DNA of 64,000 bases from positions 437 to 64,436 of the forward strand of contig CAJJCZ010000012.1 in the NCBI GenBank assembly GCA_905182795.1, given 5' to 3'. Source of the DNA: an uncultured bacterium. GTDB taxonomy: Bacteria > Fidelibacterota > Marinisomatia > Marinisomatales > Marinisomataceae. How positions within the stretch are numbered: the first letter of the stretch is position 1; each line of letters opens with the position of its first letter. The translations under genes and the position numbers were made by a program. The notes under the pieces were generated by a model. It saw nothing but the letters and a program-made list of their open reading frames with translations, was not told the origin of the DNA and ran no database searches. Shown here piece after piece: positions 62,214-64,000 of this stretch.

Positions 62214-62357
62214 ATGTTAAAATGGATAATAGCAGCCGGCGTACTTTTTATCGTCTATAGATTTTTCAGTAAAGAAGAAAAAGTATCTACTCTAAAAAAA
62301 GATACAAAGATAGATTATAAAAAAGTTAAGGATGCGGAATTTGAAGACCATGAATAG
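62214..62357 (+). CDS. Possible 47-aa small membrane protein
   Basis: My own translation: MLKWIIAAGVLFIVYRFFSKEEKVSTLKKDTKIDYKKVKDAEFEDHE, one TM helix and an acidic C-terminus. Its end overlaps the next ORF's ATG. Confidence 0.35.
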   Translation: MLKWIIAAGVLFIVYRFFSKEEKVSTLKKDTKIDYKKVKDAEFEDHE

Positions 62358-62970
62358 ATATAGATATATACTATCAATATTTCTAGTTAAAACTGGAATA
62401 AAATTAATTATTATAATGATGATTTCTTCGTCATTGTATAGTCAAGAAAACTCTCATAATATTAATTTTATGTTTACAAACAATGGTTATGGATTTGGAT
62501 ATGAATCTGAAAAATTTCTTAAAGAAAATCTATCTATTGGTGCTGATCTAAGATTTTATGATATTAGAAGCGATGAGTATCCAGTTTATGATCCATTTGT
62601 TAATCAATATAAGATTATAGGAGAGAAAAATATTACAATGCTACCTCTTTATCTTAGATTGAACTATTATCCGTTTCAAGGTAAAATTGCAAATAATTTT
62701 GAACCATATTTATTGGTTGCTTTAGGGCCAATGCTATCAATTGATGGCGATGAAAATATAAGAAGTTTTTCAAAAAGATGGTCTAATGCAGAAACTCAAA
62801 TTAGTCCAGGAGGATCTATAGGTATTGGAATTAATTTTAATACTAGCACTTCAAACACTCTTGCATTTGGATTAGGATATGACTATTTAAAAGTAGAAGA
62901 ACCTATCCATGATAAGAAGGATTACGGTGGAGCTTTCTTATACTTAAAATATAAGATAAATCGTGAGTAA
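62350..62970 (+). CDS. Hypothetical secreted/outer-membrane beta-barrel-like protein
   Basis: Signal-like segment ending SSSLYSQ, then alternating aromatic/Gly-rich strands (GYGFGYE, GIGINF, AFGLGYDY, AFLYLKY). Start set at the ATG at 62350. Confidence 0.45.
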   Translation: MNRYRYILSIFLVKTGIKLIIIMMISSSLYSQENSHNINFMFTNNGYGFGYESEKFLKENLSIGADLRFYDIRSDEYPVYDPFVNQYKIIGEKNITMLPLYLRLNYYPFQGKIANNFEPYLLVALGPMLSIDGDENIRSFSKRWSNAETQISPGGSIGIGINFNTSTSNTLAFGLGYDYLKVEEPIHDKKDYGGAFLYLKYKINRE

Positions 62971-63691
62971 ATTTTCTTTTGTAGATAAAAAGAATATTCA
63001 AAATAATAATTTCTTTTTGGATAGAAATGAATCTCATCATCTAATCAATGTATTACGCTTTAAAATAAATTCTAATATATGGTTGACGGATGGCGAAGGC
63101 GGAACTTATTACTGTAAAGTCGATAATTTTACAAATAAAAATATAGTAGAAGGTTCAATATTAGAATTTCATACAAATCAAAATGAATTGAATTATCATA
63201 TTCATATCGGATTGCCAATTATTAAAAATTCGAGAATGAAGATTGCAGTAGAAAAATCTATAGAGTCTGGAATTAAAGAATTAACTCCATTGTATTTAGA
63301 TAGATCAATAAAATCAAATGTTTCTTTAGATAAAATGACTTCTATTATGCGTTCAGCTACAAAACAATCTATGAGAAGTATATTGCCAAATATTAATCCT
63401 GTAGCTCAATTAGAAGATTGGTATGATCCGGAAGCATTGAATATTGTTGCTTTGATTGAATCAAAAGAAACTCTAACTATTTTTAAAGAAACAGTACTCA
63501 ATGCGGTTAATGATAATAAAAAGATTTCAATTTTAATTGGACCTGAAGGCGGATTTTCTTCAAAAGAAAAAGAGTTTATTTATGATAATAAATTCCTTAA
63601 AGTTAGTATTGCTAAGGCAGTATTAAGAGCAGAGACTGCCGTAGTATCAATTTTATCGATTTTAAATGAACTGATGGCACAATATGAATAA
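62963..63691 (+). CDS. rsmE: 16S rRNA m3U1498 methyltransferase
   Basis: RsmE pattern: ESHHLINVLR, LIGPEGGFS, LRAETA. GTG start overlaps the upstream stop. Confidence 0.85.
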   Translation: MSKFSFVDKKNIQNNNFFLDRNESHHLINVLRFKINSNIWLTDGEGGTYYCKVDNFTNKNIVEGSILEFHTNQNELNYHIHIGLPIIKNSRMKIAVEKSIESGIKELTPLYLDRSIKSNVSLDKMTSIMRSATKQSMRSILPNINPVAQLEDWYDPEALNIVALIESKETLTIFKETVLNAVNDNKKISILIGPEGGFSSKEKEFIYDNKFLKVSIAKAVLRAETAVVSILSILNELMAQYE

Positions 63692-64000
63692 AACAATTTT
63701 TCAAAAAATTATAGATAGAGAGATTCCTGCTAGAATTCTTTACGAAGATGAAAGTCTGATTGCAATTGAGGATATTAATCCTGTTGCACCAGTACATGCT
63801 CTGATTATACCTAAAAAGTGTATTGAGACGCTAAACGATTTAAATCCAGCAGATGCTGACATTGTAGGTAAGATGATATTGGTAGCAAGAAATCTTGCTA
63901 AAGAACTTAAAATTGATCAGTCTGGCTATAGAACAGTATTTAACTGCAACAGCGATGGAGGTCAAACAGTTTCCCATATTCACCTTCACTTAGTTGGAGG
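63684..64000 (+). CDS. HIT-family (HinT-like) protein, 3' end beyond the window
   Basis: My own translation: MNKTIFQKIIDREIPARILYEDESLIAIEDINPVAPVHALIIPKK...GGQTVSHIHLHLVGG, with the histidine triad. Open to the window edge. Confidence 0.85.
   Translation, partial: MNKTIFQKIIDREIPARILYEDESLIAIEDINPVAPVHALIIPKKCIETLNDLNPADADIVGKMILVARNLAKELKIDQSGYRTVFNCNSDGGQTVSHIHLHLVG

Overview
Strongly AT-rich (about one-third G+C by eye), very gene-dense chromosomal core region from a streamlined bacterium. Many adjacent genes overlap by 1-8 nt (ATGA/TAATG junctions), and two convergent gene pairs share their stop-codon bases. I saw no rRNA, CRISPR, transposase, integrase or phage genes. From left to right the window holds: a polyprenyl synthase and a PGI/PMI isomerase; rpmF-fabD-fabG-acpP-fabF; ndk, sucCD and P5C dehydrogenase; dusB, rpmB, gatB, aconitase and maf; and a division/cell-wall (dcw) cluster mraZ-rsmH-ftsL-ftsI-murD-ftsW-murG-murC-murB-ftsQ-ftsA-ftsZ that lacks murE, murF and mraY. 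Those three genes sit about 22 kb further right, in a tight arfB-hyp-murE-murF-mraY-ispG block. Between the two lie an M23 peptidase, miaB, LapA/LapB-like and SPOR proteins, and an OPT transporter. Next comes a TPP riboswitch leading a small His/Cys-motif membrane protein and a TonB-dependent receptor, followed by polA and alr. Then come an AtuA/carboxyltransferase/hydratase/acyl-CoA dehydrogenase cluster, an initiator tRNA-Met, an M19 dipeptidase and a TrmH-family methyltransferase. The right end carries mscS, dut, groES-groEL, folB-folK, a deoxynucleoside kinase, rsmE and a HIT protein. Several traits suggest an FCB-superphylum-like or Marinimicrobia-like marine lineage: a receptor with a CarboxypepD_reg-type N-terminus, a ~750 aa mitochondrial-type aconitase, an ALDH4-type P5C dehydrogenase and long-form IspG. 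This is inference only. Top second-look items: (1) a GroES whose roof hairpin is replaced by a metallothionein-like segment with 9 Cys in 18 residues; (2) the TPP-riboswitch operon, whose receptor has a His/Asp-rich loop encoded by perfect 27-bp tandem repeats; (3) a perfect 14-bp hairpin that contains the polA start codon; (4) the split dcw cluster; (5) the Atu-like cluster with no biotin-carboxylase subunit in the window.
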